NCBI GenBank assembly: GCA_028282585.1
Contig: JANQHR010000066.1
Location: forward strand, 1 to 21,927
Direction of reading: 5' to 3'
Source: Bacteroidales bacterium
GTDB taxonomy: Bacteria; Bacteroidota; Bacteroidia; Bacteroidales; UBA12077
DNA: 21,927 bases
The notes beneath the pieces are model-generated. The model worked only from the letters and a program-made list of their open reading frames with translations, was not told the DNA's origin and did no database searches. How positions within the stretch are numbered: position 1 is the first letter of the stretch; every line of letters begins with the position of its first letter. This document shows positions 8,152-17,155 of the stretch, piece after piece. Position numbers and translations under genes: made by a program.

Positions 8152-9084
8152 TTAAGAATTCTCTCTTTCCAGCTCAACAGTATGCTTTTCTCCGTCTTCC
8201 GCTGAAAAAGTATTTGGAAAAATCTTTCTGGCCTCTTCAATCAATGGTTTTACATTTTTATAACGAGCCGAAAAATGTCCTATTATTAGCTTTTTAACAT
8301 CTGCTTTTTTTGCAATATATGCAGCATCTTCTGTAGTAGAATGCTGTGTTGATTTTGCTTCCTTTTTCATATTTTTACCGAATGTAGCTTCATGAAAAAG
8401 TAAATCTACATCCTTTATAATTGGTATAATTTTAGCTGAATATGCTGTATCGGTGCAATATGCGTAAGATCTTACTTTATACGGTGGCAATGTAAGTTTA
8501 CTATTTTGTATAACTTCTCCTTCTTCGTTAATAAGATCTTCTCCTTCTCTAATATCTTGAATTTTACCAATTGGAATTTTATATATATTAACCACATCCT
8601 TTTTCAAATTTCGTAAATAAGGTTGCTCGGTAAATTTAAACCCACATGAAGGAATTCGATGTTTTAAAGGAATTGACTCAACTCTTACTTTTTTGTCTTC
8701 GTATATCACCTTATTCATTTTTGTATTAAGATGATGATATATGATTTTAAAAGACATAGTTCTTTCAAAATACCCAATATGTCTGGTTAAAATACTTTCT
8801 AATTCCGGATGCGCATAAATATGCAAATCTTTATCCCGTTCCAACAAGTTAAAAGTGGATATTAATCCGAACAGCCCGAAAATATGATCACCATGTAGAT
8901 GACTAATAAAAATATGATCAATTTTTCCAAATTTGATTTTATTTTTTCGTATCTGGATCTGTGTCCCTTCGCCACAATCGATTAAAAAAAACCGCTCATG
9001 AACATTGAGCACATGAGCGGTTAAGTTTCTTTTCGAAGTTGGAACAGCTGAGCTGCTACCTAATATTGTTAATTCAAAAGTCAA
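8152..9084 (-). CDS. rnz: Ribonuclease Z (tRNase Z, metallo-beta-lactamase fold)
   Basis: LG..SAVP, IDCGEGTQ, HLHGDH, YCTDT, HEATF, HST and GHFSARY motifs; TTG start. Confidence 0.96.
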   Translation of the reverse strand: MTFELTILGSSSAVPTSKRNLTAHVLNVHERFFLIDCGEGTQIQIRKNKIKFGKIDHIFISHLHGDHIFGLFGLISTFNLLERDKDLHIYAHPELESILTRHIGYFERTMSFKIIYHHLNTKMNKVIYEDKKVRVESIPLKHRIPSCGFKFTEQPYLRNLKKDVVNIYKIPIGKIQDIREGEDLINEEGEVIQNSKLTLPPYKVRSYAYCTDTAYSAKIIPIIKDVDLLFHEATFGKNMKKEAKSTQHSTTEDAAYIAKKADVKKLIIGHFSARYKNVKPLIEEARKIFPNTFSAEDGEKHTVELERENS

Positions 9085-9098
9085 AATTAAATTCTGGT

Positions 9099-9470
9099 TT
9101 ATTTACCATTCTTTTCTCTTTCGTCTTCTTCAGTTTTAACTATATCAATCGCTTCTTCGGTAGAGTAAGCAATATTTAAAACGGTATCCAACTGCGATAT
9201 GGTAATCAATCTGTCAACAGCATCGTTTAATCCCGTTAAAACAAATGTTCCACTTGCATTTTTACAAAGTCGATTGGCAACTAGAATAGCACTTAATCCT
9301 GATGAATCACAATACCTGCAATTACTTAAATCAAGTATGATGTTTTTCTCTCCTTTTCCGGAAATTAAAACCAATTCGGATTTCAAACTAGGAGCAACAT
9401 TTGTGTCTAGTTTTTCTTCCATTACTTGAATCAAGGTGTACTTTTCGAGTTTTTCAATCTTAAATTCCAT
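9099..9470 (-). CDS. STAS domain protein / anti-sigma factor antagonist (SpoIIAA/RsbV-like)
   Basis: 123 aa; KLDTNVAP.LK and ILDLSNCRYCDSSGLSAIL with the conserved DSSG phospho-acceptor Ser (S56). Confidence 0.9.
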   Translation of the reverse strand: MEFKIEKLEKYTLIQVMEEKLDTNVAPSLKSELVLISGKGEKNIILDLSNCRYCDSSGLSAILVANRLCKNASGTFVLTGLNDAVDRLITISQLDTVLNIAYSTEEAIDIVKTEEDEREKNGK

Positions 9471-9499
9471 TGTAATTTGTTTTAAGTTAAAATAAAGAG

Positions 9500-11716
9500 C
9501 TATTCAGCAGCTTTCTCTTCACCTTTATCTTCTGACTTATTTTCAGCTTTTGGAGCTTCTTCCTTTACTTCCTCTTTTACCTCTTCTTTCTTCTCCTCAA
9601 CTTTCTCTACTTTTTGAACTTTTGGCTTCGCCTCGCCTGCCGGACGGGCAGGTTTAGGTTTAGCTGTTTTAGTTTCAGCTTTCTTAGCTTCCTCTTTAGC
9701 ATCCATTTCAGCTTTCTTCTCTGCTATCTCTTTCTTTTGCTCTTCTTCCATTTCACTCTTAAGAGATGCAAGCTCTGTAATATCTCCTAATGTTGTTTTT
9801 TCTAAATTAGTTTTGATTTTCTTTACAGCCTTCTTAGTTGTAGCAGCTTTTTGTTTCTTTTCTGCTGTTTCAGCATCTTTCTTTTCATCTTCAAACACTC
9901 TACTATGAGATAAGATTATTTTCTTAGCTGATTTAGAGAATTCAATCACTTTAAAATCTAATTTCTCGTCAACTTTAGCTGTATTTCCATCTTCTTTAAC
10001 TAAATGCTTTGGAGTAACAAATCCTTCAACACCATATGGTAATGCAATTACCGCGCCTTTATCTAATACTTCAACAACAGTTCCTTCATGTATGGATCCC
10101 ACTGTAAATACGGTTTCGAATACATCCCAAGGATTTTCTTCTAATTGTTTGTGGCCTAAGCTTAATCTGCGGTTTTCCTTATCAATTTCAAGAACAACTA
10201 CTTCAATTGAGTCTCCAATTGAAGTGAATTCTGCAGGATGCTTAATTTTTTTGGTCCATGATAAATCGGAAATATGAATTAATCCATCTACTCCTTCTTC
10301 AATTTCAACAAATACTCCGAAGTTAGTAAAATTACGAACAGTAGCTGTATGCTTTGTTCCAACAGCATATTTTTCATCAACATTACTCCATGGATCAGTC
10401 TTAAGTTGTTTAATACCTAATGACATTTTTCTTTCTTCTCTATCAAGAGTAAGAATTTGTGCTTCAACTTCATCTCCTACTTGTAAGAATTCCTGAGCAC
10501 TTCTTAAATGCTGCGACCAAGACATTTCTGACACATGAATAAGGCCTTCAACCCCAGGTTGAATTTCAACAAAAGCACCGTAATCAGCTAAAACAACCAC
10601 TTTTCCTTTAACAGAATCACCAACCTTAAGTTCTTTATCTAAAGAATCCCATGGGTGTGGAGTTAACTGTTTTAATCCTAATGCAATTCGTTTCTTATCA
10701 TCATCAAAGTCAAGAATTACAACATTCAATTTTTGATCTAATTGTACAATTTCTTCAGGGTGATTTACACGACCCCACGATAAATCAGTGATGTGAATTA
10801 ATCCATCAACACCACCAAGGTCGATAAATACTCCGTAAGAAGTAATATTTTTAACAGTTCCTTCAAGAACCTGGCCTTTTTCTAATTTAGCAATGATATC
10901 TTTCTTTTGTTGTTCTAATTCCTCTTCGATAAGAGCTTTATGAGAAACAACAACATTTTTAAATTCGTGATTGATTTTAACAACCTTGAATTCCATAGTT
11001 TTTTCTACATATACATCGTAGTCACGGATTGGCTTAACATCAATCTGCGAACCTGGTAAGAATGCTTCGATTCCAAATACGTCAACGATCATACCACCTT
11101 TAGTTCTGCACTTAATGAAACCTTTAATAATTTCATCTTTTTCAAGAGCCTCATTAACACGATCCCAAGAACGTAATGCTCTTGCTTTTTTATGAGAAAG
11201 TACCAACTGACCATCTTTGTCTTCCTGACTTTCAACATAAACTTCAACGCTATCTCCAGGTTTTAATTCCGGATTATAACGGAATTCATTTAAACTAACA
11301 ACACCTTCTGATTTGTAACCAATATTAATTACAACTTCGCGCTTGTTCATAGATACAACTGATCCATCAATTACCTCATTTTCAGTAATTGTGGATAGAG
11401 TTTGATCATACATTTTTTCAAACTCTTCTCTTTCTTTCGATTTTGCTAATTCACCATCATTTACAATGTTATCCCAATCGAACTCATCGTTTGGAGTAGC
11501 AAATTCTACAACATTTGATTCCTCAACAGAATCCGTTTTTTCTGTTTTTTCAACAGGCTTTTCTTCTACTTCACCTGTAGGACGAACAGGCTTTGCAGTC
11601 TCTTCAACCTCACCTGCATGATTCTCAGGCTTCTCAGATGCTTCAACTTGCACACTTTCCTTCTGCTCAACATTCTCTTCTTGCTCAACAGACTTATTCA
11701 CTTCTTTTTCAGTCAT
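9500..11716 (-). CDS. rpsA: 30S ribosomal protein S1 with long charged N- and C-terminal extensions
   Basis: Tandem S1 domains (IGYKSEG, AFLPGSQID, DGLIHITDLSW, EGLIHVSEMSW, DGLIHISDLSW) and C-terminal EKTTLGDI; 738 aa. Confidence 0.98.
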   Translation of the reverse strand: MTEKEVNKSVEQEENVEQKESVQVEASEKPENHAGEVEETAKPVRPTGEVEEKPVEKTEKTDSVEESNVVEFATPNDEFDWDNIVNDGELAKSKEREEFEKMYDQTLSTITENEVIDGSVVSMNKREVVINIGYKSEGVVSLNEFRYNPELKPGDSVEVYVESQEDKDGQLVLSHKKARALRSWDRVNEALEKDEIIKGFIKCRTKGGMIVDVFGIEAFLPGSQIDVKPIRDYDVYVEKTMEFKVVKINHEFKNVVVSHKALIEEELEQQKKDIIAKLEKGQVLEGTVKNITSYGVFIDLGGVDGLIHITDLSWGRVNHPEEIVQLDQKLNVVILDFDDDKKRIALGLKQLTPHPWDSLDKELKVGDSVKGKVVVLADYGAFVEIQPGVEGLIHVSEMSWSQHLRSAQEFLQVGDEVEAQILTLDREERKMSLGIKQLKTDPWSNVDEKYAVGTKHTATVRNFTNFGVFVEIEEGVDGLIHISDLSWTKKIKHPAEFTSIGDSIEVVVLEIDKENRRLSLGHKQLEENPWDVFETVFTVGSIHEGTVVEVLDKGAVIALPYGVEGFVTPKHLVKEDGNTAKVDEKLDFKVIEFSKSAKKIILSHSRVFEDEKKDAETAEKKQKAATTKKAVKKIKTNLEKTTLGDITELASLKSEMEEEQKKEIAEKKAEMDAKEEAKKAETKTAKPKPARPAGEAKPKVQKVEKVEEKKEEVKEEVKEEAPKAENKSEDKGEEKAAE
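9632..9652 (-). repeat. GC-rich 21-bp palindromic (REP-like) element in frame within rpsA, encoding PARPAGE
   Basis: Plus strand CTCG-CCTGCC-GGACG-GGCAGG; 6-bp perfect stem (9636-9641/9647-9652); 17 of 21 bases are G/C in an AT-rich gene. Confidence 0.7.
11570..11629 (-). repeat. Two degenerate copies of the 21-bp element in the rpsA N-terminal extension (PVRPTGE at 11570-11590; PENHAGE at 11609-11629)
   Basis: 15/21 and 14/21 nt identical to 9632-9652, in the same frame; CCTG...CAGG palindromic arms retained; 39-nt period. Confidence 0.55.
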
Positions 11717-11775
11717 TTAAGTAAATTAATTAATTTTTAGTAAGTTAGACATTATTTATAGACTAAATCAAGGTG

Positions 11776-11783
11776 CAAAAGTA
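11776..11783 (-). promoter_or_regulatory. Bacteroidota -7 promoter element for rpsA
   Basis: TACTTTTG on the minus strand, 60 nt upstream of the rpsA ATG. Confidence 0.65.
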
Positions 11784-12118
11784 TAATTTTTATTTAATTA
11801 TTTAAAAATAAAGATACTAAAAAAAGCATATATTAATCAAATATGTATTCGACTTATTCTCATTAAACTTATTAAAATAAAATAGTATTTAATTTTAATA
11901 CTGTGAACTTGAACACCGTTTTATCTTTATTTCCTTTTAATAATTTGAGCTTGATAAATTTCTTTTAAATATAAAAACTGAGAAAAAAGCCTTGGACTGC
12001 CCTAAAAAATTAAAAGAATGTTAAAAACGGGCTAAAAAGTTCTCTATCAAAATAATTCTTCTTAAGTTCGTACACTTTTTTAATTAATATGATTTCTTAT
12101 AAATAAAATATAGTTAAA

Positions 12119-13285
12119 ATGAAAATTACAGTAGCTGGAACCGGGTATGTTGGTTTATCAATCGCCACATTACTATCTCAAAAACATGAAGTAATAGCCT
12201 TAGATATAATTCCCGAAAAGGTTGATAAAATTAATAATAGGATTTCACCAATTGTTGATGCTGAAATTGAGGATTTTTTTAAAACTAAAGAGCTAAATTT
12301 ATTAGCCACATTAGACAAAGAAAAAGCATACAAAGGTGCTGATTTCGTAATAATTGCAACACCCACTGATTATGATGTTGAAAAAAATTATTTTAATACA
12401 GATACAGTGGAGCAAGTTGTTCAAGATGTAACCTCAATAAATCCAAATACGGTTATGATCATTAAATCAACCGTACCTGTTGGGTATACTAGAGAAATTA
12501 AAGGAAAGTTTTCTATTGATAACATAATTTTCTCACCTGAATTTTTAAGAGAAGGTAAAGCTTTATATGATAACTTATATCCTTCAAGAATAATTGTTGG
12601 AGAAAATACTGAAAGAGCAGAAAAATTTGCGGAATTATTAGTTGAAGGTGCAATTAAGAAGGATGTTAAAACACTTTTAATTAGTTCTACTGAAGCCGAA
12701 GCTGTTAAATTATTTTCAAACACTTATCTTGCCATGAGAGTTGCTTTTTTCAATGAGCTAGATACTTATTCAGAAGTAAGAGGGTTAAACACAAAAGAAA
12801 TCATCGAAGGTGTAGGATTGGATCCGAGAATCGGAGATCATTATAATAATCCATCATTTGGTTATGGAGGTTATTGTTTGCCAAAGGACACAAAACAATT
12901 AAGAGCAAATTATAGTGACGTACCAAATAATATTATCGCAGCTATTGTAGATGCAAATAGAACAAGAAAAGATCATATTGCAGATATGATTCTTAAAAAG
13001 AAACCTGAAATTGTTGGTATATATAGATTAACTATGAAAACGGATTCTGATAATTTTAGGGCTTCTTCGATTCAGGGAATCATGAAAAGAATTAAAGCCA
13101 AAGGAGTAGAAGTTGTAGTTTATGAACCAGTTCTTGAGGAAAATAATTTTTACCATTCGCGGGTAATTAAAGATCTTGATGAATTCAAAAAGGTTTCAGA
13201 TATAATTGTAAGTAACAGATTAAATCCGGATTTGGAAGACGTAAGAAATAAAGTATATACTAGAGACCTTTATACAAGAGATTAG
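12119..13285 (+). CDS. ugd: UDP-glucose 6-dehydrogenase (short Ugd/HasB type)
   Basis: GTGYVG Rossmann motif, [32 protein letters not shown] (catalytic Cys), DNFRASSI; 388 aa. Confidence 0.95.
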   Translation: MKITVAGTGYVGLSIATLLSQKHEVIALDIIPEKVDKINNRISPIVDAEIEDFFKTKELNLLATLDKEKAYKGADFVIIATPTDYDVEKNYFNTDTVEQVVQDVTSINPNTVMIIKSTVPVGYTREIKGKFSIDNIIFSPEFLREGKALYDNLYPSRIIVGENTERAEKFAELLVEGAIKKDVKTLLISSTEAEAVKLFSNTYLAMRVAFFNELDTYSEVRGLNTKEIIEGVGLDPRIGDHYNNPSFGYGGYCLPKDTKQLRANYSDVPNNIIAAIVDANRTRKDHIADMILKKKPEIVGIYRLTMKTDSDNFRASSIQGIMKRIKAKGVEVVVYEPVLEENNFYHSRVIKDLDEFKKVSDIIVSNRLNPDLEDVRNKVYTRDLYTRD

Positions 13286-13313
13286 ATTATAAACAATGAA
13301 CAATTATAAAATA

Positions 13314-13349
13314 AACAAAAGCTAGTGTTAATTTAACCTAGCTTTTGTT
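13314..13349 (+). terminator. Intrinsic terminator-like hairpin after ugd (possibly bidirectional)
   Basis: AACAAAAGCTAG (13314-13325) is the perfect reverse complement of CTAGCTTTTGTT (13338-13349), with extra GTTA/TAAC pairing inside; followed by ATTTTT. Confidence 0.75.
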
Positions 13350-13375
13350 ATTTTTACCTACCAAATATATCAAAA

Positions 13376-13927
13376 ATGGAAATAATTAAAACCGAATTCC
13401 CGGGATTATTAATAATAAAACCCAAAGTATTTGAAGATGCAAGAGGATATTTTTTTGAAAGTTACAATAAAAATAAACTTCCCGAAATAGAAAATATTGA
13501 ATTTATTCAGGATAATCAATCAAAATCTGTATACGGAACTATTCGTGGGTTACATTACCAACTAGAACCTTATGCCCAATCTAAATTGATTCGTGTTTTA
13601 GATGGTAAAATTCTTGATGTAGTAGTTGATTTACGTGAAAAATCGCCTACATATGGAAAACAATTTTCAATTGAACTTTCTTGTAACGAGAAAAAGCAGC
13701 TTTTTGTACCAAAAGGTTTTGCTCATGGCTTTTCAGTTCTAAGCGAAACAGCAACTGTACTATATAAAACTGATCAATTTTATAGTCCTGAATCAGAGAG
13801 AGGTATAAATTTTAATGATCCGAATTTAGCAATCGATTGGAAAATTAAAATTGAAGAAGGTACCATTTCGTCAAAAGATAAGGTATTACCTCTATTAAAA
13901 GAAGCTGAAAAAAATTTTAAACTTTAG
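13376..13927 (+). CDS. rfbC: dTDP-4-dehydrorhamnose 3,5-epimerase
   Basis: FEDARGYFFESY, FIQDNQS, RGLHYQ, DVVVDLR..SPTYG, PKGFAHGF. Confidence 0.97.
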   Translation: MEIIKTEFPGLLIIKPKVFEDARGYFFESYNKNKLPEIENIEFIQDNQSKSVYGTIRGLHYQLEPYAQSKLIRVLDGKILDVVVDLREKSPTYGKQFSIELSCNEKKQLFVPKGFAHGFSVLSETATVLYKTDQFYSPESERGINFNDPNLAIDWKIKIEEGTISSKDKVLPLLKEAEKNFKL

Positions 13928-13933
13928 ATTAAA

Positions 13934-14818
13934 ATGGTAAATATACTTATTACAGGTTCCAATGGCCAGTTAGGAAGTGAACTTAAAAATATCTATAATA
14001 CAAACCTGTTTAAATTTGAAAAGCCCGTAAATATTGAGTTTACCAATATTGATACTTTAGACCTTACTGATTCAATATTTCTTAAAAGATTTATTGAGGA
14101 TCATTCTTTCGATTTTATAATTAATTGTGCAGCTTACACAAATGTCGATTTAGCTGAATCTGAAAAAGAAAAAGCAACCGAAATCAACTCTTTGTGCGTT
14201 AAAAATATTGTAGAAGCAATAGAAAACAGCGTAACCAGGTTCATACATATATCAACGGATTATGTTTTTGATGGAAAAAATCATTTTCCATATACTGAAG
14301 AAATGAAAACTAATCCAACCTCAGAATATGGAAACTCAAAATTAAAAGGCGAAGAATTTGCTCTAAAATATGATAAGTCTATTATAATCAGGACTTCATG
14401 GCTATATTCCACCTATGGAAAAAACTTTGCGAAAACAATTTACAAATTATGTAAAGAAAGAGAATCGCTAAATGTTGTTTTTGATCAAATAGGTACGCCA
14501 ACATATGCAAAGGATCTTGCTTATGCTATATTTCAAATATTAGATCAAACAATAAAAGAAGATCATTTTTATAAAGGAATATATCATTATTCAAATGAAG
14601 GTGTTTGTAGTTGGTACGATTTTGCTAAAATCATTGCAGAAAAATCTTATTCCAAATGTAAAATATATCCGATAGAATCAAAAGATTATCCGACACCAGT
14701 TAAACGTCCGTTTTACAGTGTTTTGAATAAAAGTAAAATAAAACAAACTTTTAATTTGGACATTCCTCATTGGCAGGATAGTTTAAATGAATTCTTTAAA
14801 AATTTAAATAATTTTTAA
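13934..14818 (+). CDS. rfbD: dTDP-4-dehydrorhamnose reductase
   Basis: ITGSNGQLG, NCAAYTNVD.AE, HISTDYVFDG, YG.SKL.GE, DQIGTPT, RP.YSVL. Confidence 0.96.
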   Translation: MVNILITGSNGQLGSELKNIYNTNLFKFEKPVNIEFTNIDTLDLTDSIFLKRFIEDHSFDFIINCAAYTNVDLAESEKEKATEINSLCVKNIVEAIENSVTRFIHISTDYVFDGKNHFPYTEEMKTNPTSEYGNSKLKGEEFALKYDKSIIIRTSWLYSTYGKNFAKTIYKLCKERESLNVVFDQIGTPTYAKDLAYAIFQILDQTIKEDHFYKGIYHYSNEGVCSWYDFAKIIAEKSYSKCKIYPIESKDYPTPVKRPFYSVLNKSKIKQTFNLDIPHWQDSLNEFFKNLNNF

Positions 14819-14904
14819 AACAGGGTTTCGTTTTCCAATTATCAAATTCTTAACTTTAACACTTCCAACTTGCTCAGTTAATATTGAGCTTAAATTTCAA
14901 TTTT

Positions 14905-16647
14905 ATGATAGATCAAGAATTACTTAATGCGGTTCAATCCAAAGCAAAAACTTGGTTAGAATCAAGTATCGATCCAGAATCAAAAAAGGATATCGAAAAT
15001 TTAATACAAAATGATGAATCCGAATTAATAGAATCTTTTTATAAAGATCTTGAATTTGGAACAGGTGGGTTAAGAGGAATTATGGGTACCGGAACAAATC
15101 GTATGAATATTTATACGGTTGGAATGGCAACGCAAGGATTAAGTAATTATCTTAAACAACAGTTTATTAATCAGGATATAAAAGTAGCAATAGCATATGA
15201 TTCGAGAAATAATAGCAAACTGTTTGCTGAAAAAACGGCAAGTGTATTTTCTGCTAATGGTATTCAAGTATTTTTATTTGAAGAGCTACGTCCTACACCG
15301 GAGTTATCTTTTGCAATAAGACATTTGGGTTGCCAAAGTGGAATAGTTGTAACTGCTTCTCACAATCCTAAGGAATATAATGGGTATAAAGTTTATTGGG
15401 AGGATGGTGGCCAAATTATAAGCCCACACGACAAGAATATTATAGCAGAAGTACAAAAAATTAAAAGTATTGGAGAAATTCAATTTGATGATCAATTAAG
15501 AAATGTAGAAATTATTGGAGAAAAAATTGATACTGAATATTTACGCGAATTAGTTAAGCTTTCTTTAAGTCCTCGGGTTATTAAAAATCAAAAAGACTTA
15601 AAAATTGTATTCACCCCCATTCACGGAACAGGTGTCGAATTAGTTCCAAAAGCACTAAAGGCATATGGATTTGAAAATGTAACCATATTGGAAGAACAAA
15701 GAATACCTGATGGGAACTTTCCTACGGTAAAATCACCTAATCCTGAGGAACCTGCCGCTTTAAAGCTTGCTTTACAAAAAGCTAAAGATATTGACGCAGA
15801 TATTGTTATGGCAACTGATCCGGATGCTGATAGAGTTGGGATTGCAGTTAAAGATAATAACAATGAATTCATTTTATTAAACGGTAATCAAGCTGCTGCT
15901 TTACTTATCAATTATCTTATTTCTCAATGGGATTCTACAGGTAAATTAAAAGGTAAAGAATATATTGTAAAAACAATTGTCACAAGTGAGCTTTTAAAGG
16001 ATATTGCTGATAAATACAGTGTTCAGTGTTATGACGTTCTTACCGGGTTTAAATACATCGCGGATATTATCAAAAACAAGCAGGGCAAAATGAAATTTAT
16101 TGGTGGTGGTGAAGAAAGCTATGGGTATTTAGCAGGAGAATTTGTTCGAGACAAAGATGCTGTAATGTCTTGTGCTTTGCTTGCCGAAACTGCTGCCTGG
16201 GCTAAAGAAAATGGAAAGACTTTGTATGAAGAACTAATTGATATATATGTTGAATTTGGATTTTATAAGGAAAAATTAATTTCTATTGTAAAGAAAGGTA
16301 AATCCGGTGCTGAAGAAATTCAAAAAATGATGGACGAATTTCGTAATAGTCCTCCAGAAACAATAAATGACTCTAATGTTATGCTAATTCACGATTTCCA
16401 AAAGCAAAAAACATTTGATCAAATGAGTCATCTTAGGTACGATATTAATTTACCGAAATCAAATGTTTTGCAATTTATTTTGAAAGATGGTTCTAAAATA
16501 TCAATTAGACCATCCGGAACTGAACCAAAAATAAAGTTCTATTTTGGTTTAAAAGATCAACTTAATAAACGTGAAGATTTCGATAAGATAAATGGTTTAC
16601 TCGAAGAGAAAATAGAAAATATTATTAAGTCGCTTGGATTAAATTAG
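14905..16647 (+). CDS. Phospho-sugar mutase (phosphoglucomutase/phosphomannomutase family)
   Basis: FGTGGLRG, TASHNP (catalytic Ser), DPDADR (metal binding), GEESYG, RPSGTEPKIK. ATG at 14905 preferred over TTG at 14884. Confidence 0.95.
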   Translation: MIDQELLNAVQSKAKTWLESSIDPESKKDIENLIQNDESELIESFYKDLEFGTGGLRGIMGTGTNRMNIYTVGMATQGLSNYLKQQFINQDIKVAIAYDSRNNSKLFAEKTASVFSANGIQVFLFEELRPTPELSFAIRHLGCQSGIVVTASHNPKEYNGYKVYWEDGGQIISPHDKNIIAEVQKIKSIGEIQFDDQLRNVEIIGEKIDTEYLRELVKLSLSPRVIKNQKDLKIVFTPIHGTGVELVPKALKAYGFENVTILEEQRIPDGNFPTVKSPNPEEPAALKLALQKAKDIDADIVMATDPDADRVGIAVKDNNNEFILLNGNQAAALLINYLISQWDSTGKLKGKEYIVKTIVTSELLKDIADKYSVQCYDVLTGFKYIADIIKNKQGKMKFIGGGEESYGYLAGEFVRDKDAVMSCALLAETAAWAKENGKTLYEELIDIYVEFGFYKEKLISIVKKGKSGAEEIQKMMDEFRNSPPETINDSNVMLIHDFQKQKTFDQMSHLRYDINLPKSNVLQFILKDGSKISIRPSGTEPKIKFYFGLKDQLNKREDFDKINGLLEEKIENIIKSLGLN

Positions 16648-16658
16648 TTCAAAATTTA

Positions 16659-16666
16659 TAGTTTTG
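16659..16666 (+). promoter_or_regulatory. Possible -7 promoter element upstream of yjbQ
   Basis: TAGTTTTG matches TAnnTTTG, 33 nt before the ATG; it lies within an AT-rich inverted repeat TTCAAAA/TTTTGAA. Confidence 0.4.
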
Positions 16667-16698
16667 AACTTCAAGTTTGAAATACAAAAAATATAGGA

Positions 16699-17115
16699 AT
16701 GAAATCACATAGAAAAGAGGTTTGGTTCAACACTACTCGTCGTAGAGAGTTTATAAATATAACTCCTGTAGTTGAACAAGAATTAAGAGAAAGCGGAATT
16801 AAAAACGGTATGGCATTGGTAAATGCCATGCATATTACGTCGAGTGTATTTATAAATGATGATGAATCGGGATTACATGATGATTTTGAAAAATGGCTTG
16901 AAGGTTTAGCTCCTGAAAAACCTTATGATAGGTATAAGCATAATTATGCAGAAGATAATGCTGATGCCCACTTAAAAAGAACCATTATGGGGCGCGAAGT
17001 TGTAGTTGCTATTACTGATGGAAAGTTGGACTTTGGACCATGGGAACAAATCTTTTATGGTGAGTTTGATGGAAAAAGAAGAAAACGAATTTTAATCAAA
17101 ATTATTGGAGAATAA
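16699..17115 (+). CDS. yjbQ: YjbQ/UPF0047 family protein (secondary thiamine-phosphate synthase-like)
   Basis: [35 protein letters not shown]. Confidence 0.92.
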   Translation: MKSHRKEVWFNTTRRREFINITPVVEQELRESGIKNGMALVNAMHITSSVFINDDESGLHDDFEKWLEGLAPEKPYDRYKHNYAEDNADAHLKRTIMGREVVVAITDGKLDFGPWEQIFYGEFDGKRRKRILIKIIGE

Positions 17116-17155
17116 ACTTTTCTTTCCTAAACCCGTTGTTTAGTAAACGAAAAGA

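Noticed and set aside
8043-8240. 65-aa minus-strand ORF bridging rnz and guaA
   Set aside because: It overlaps both genes out of frame and spans the guaA promoter motif; no recognisable features.
11717-12118. Long AT-rich divergent intergenic region as an ncRNA, riboswitch or replication origin
   Set aside because: No convincing stem-loops, riboswitch consensus or DnaA-box cluster seen by eye; divergent promoters suffice. An Rfam/Infernal scan would be needed to exclude an rpsA leader structure.
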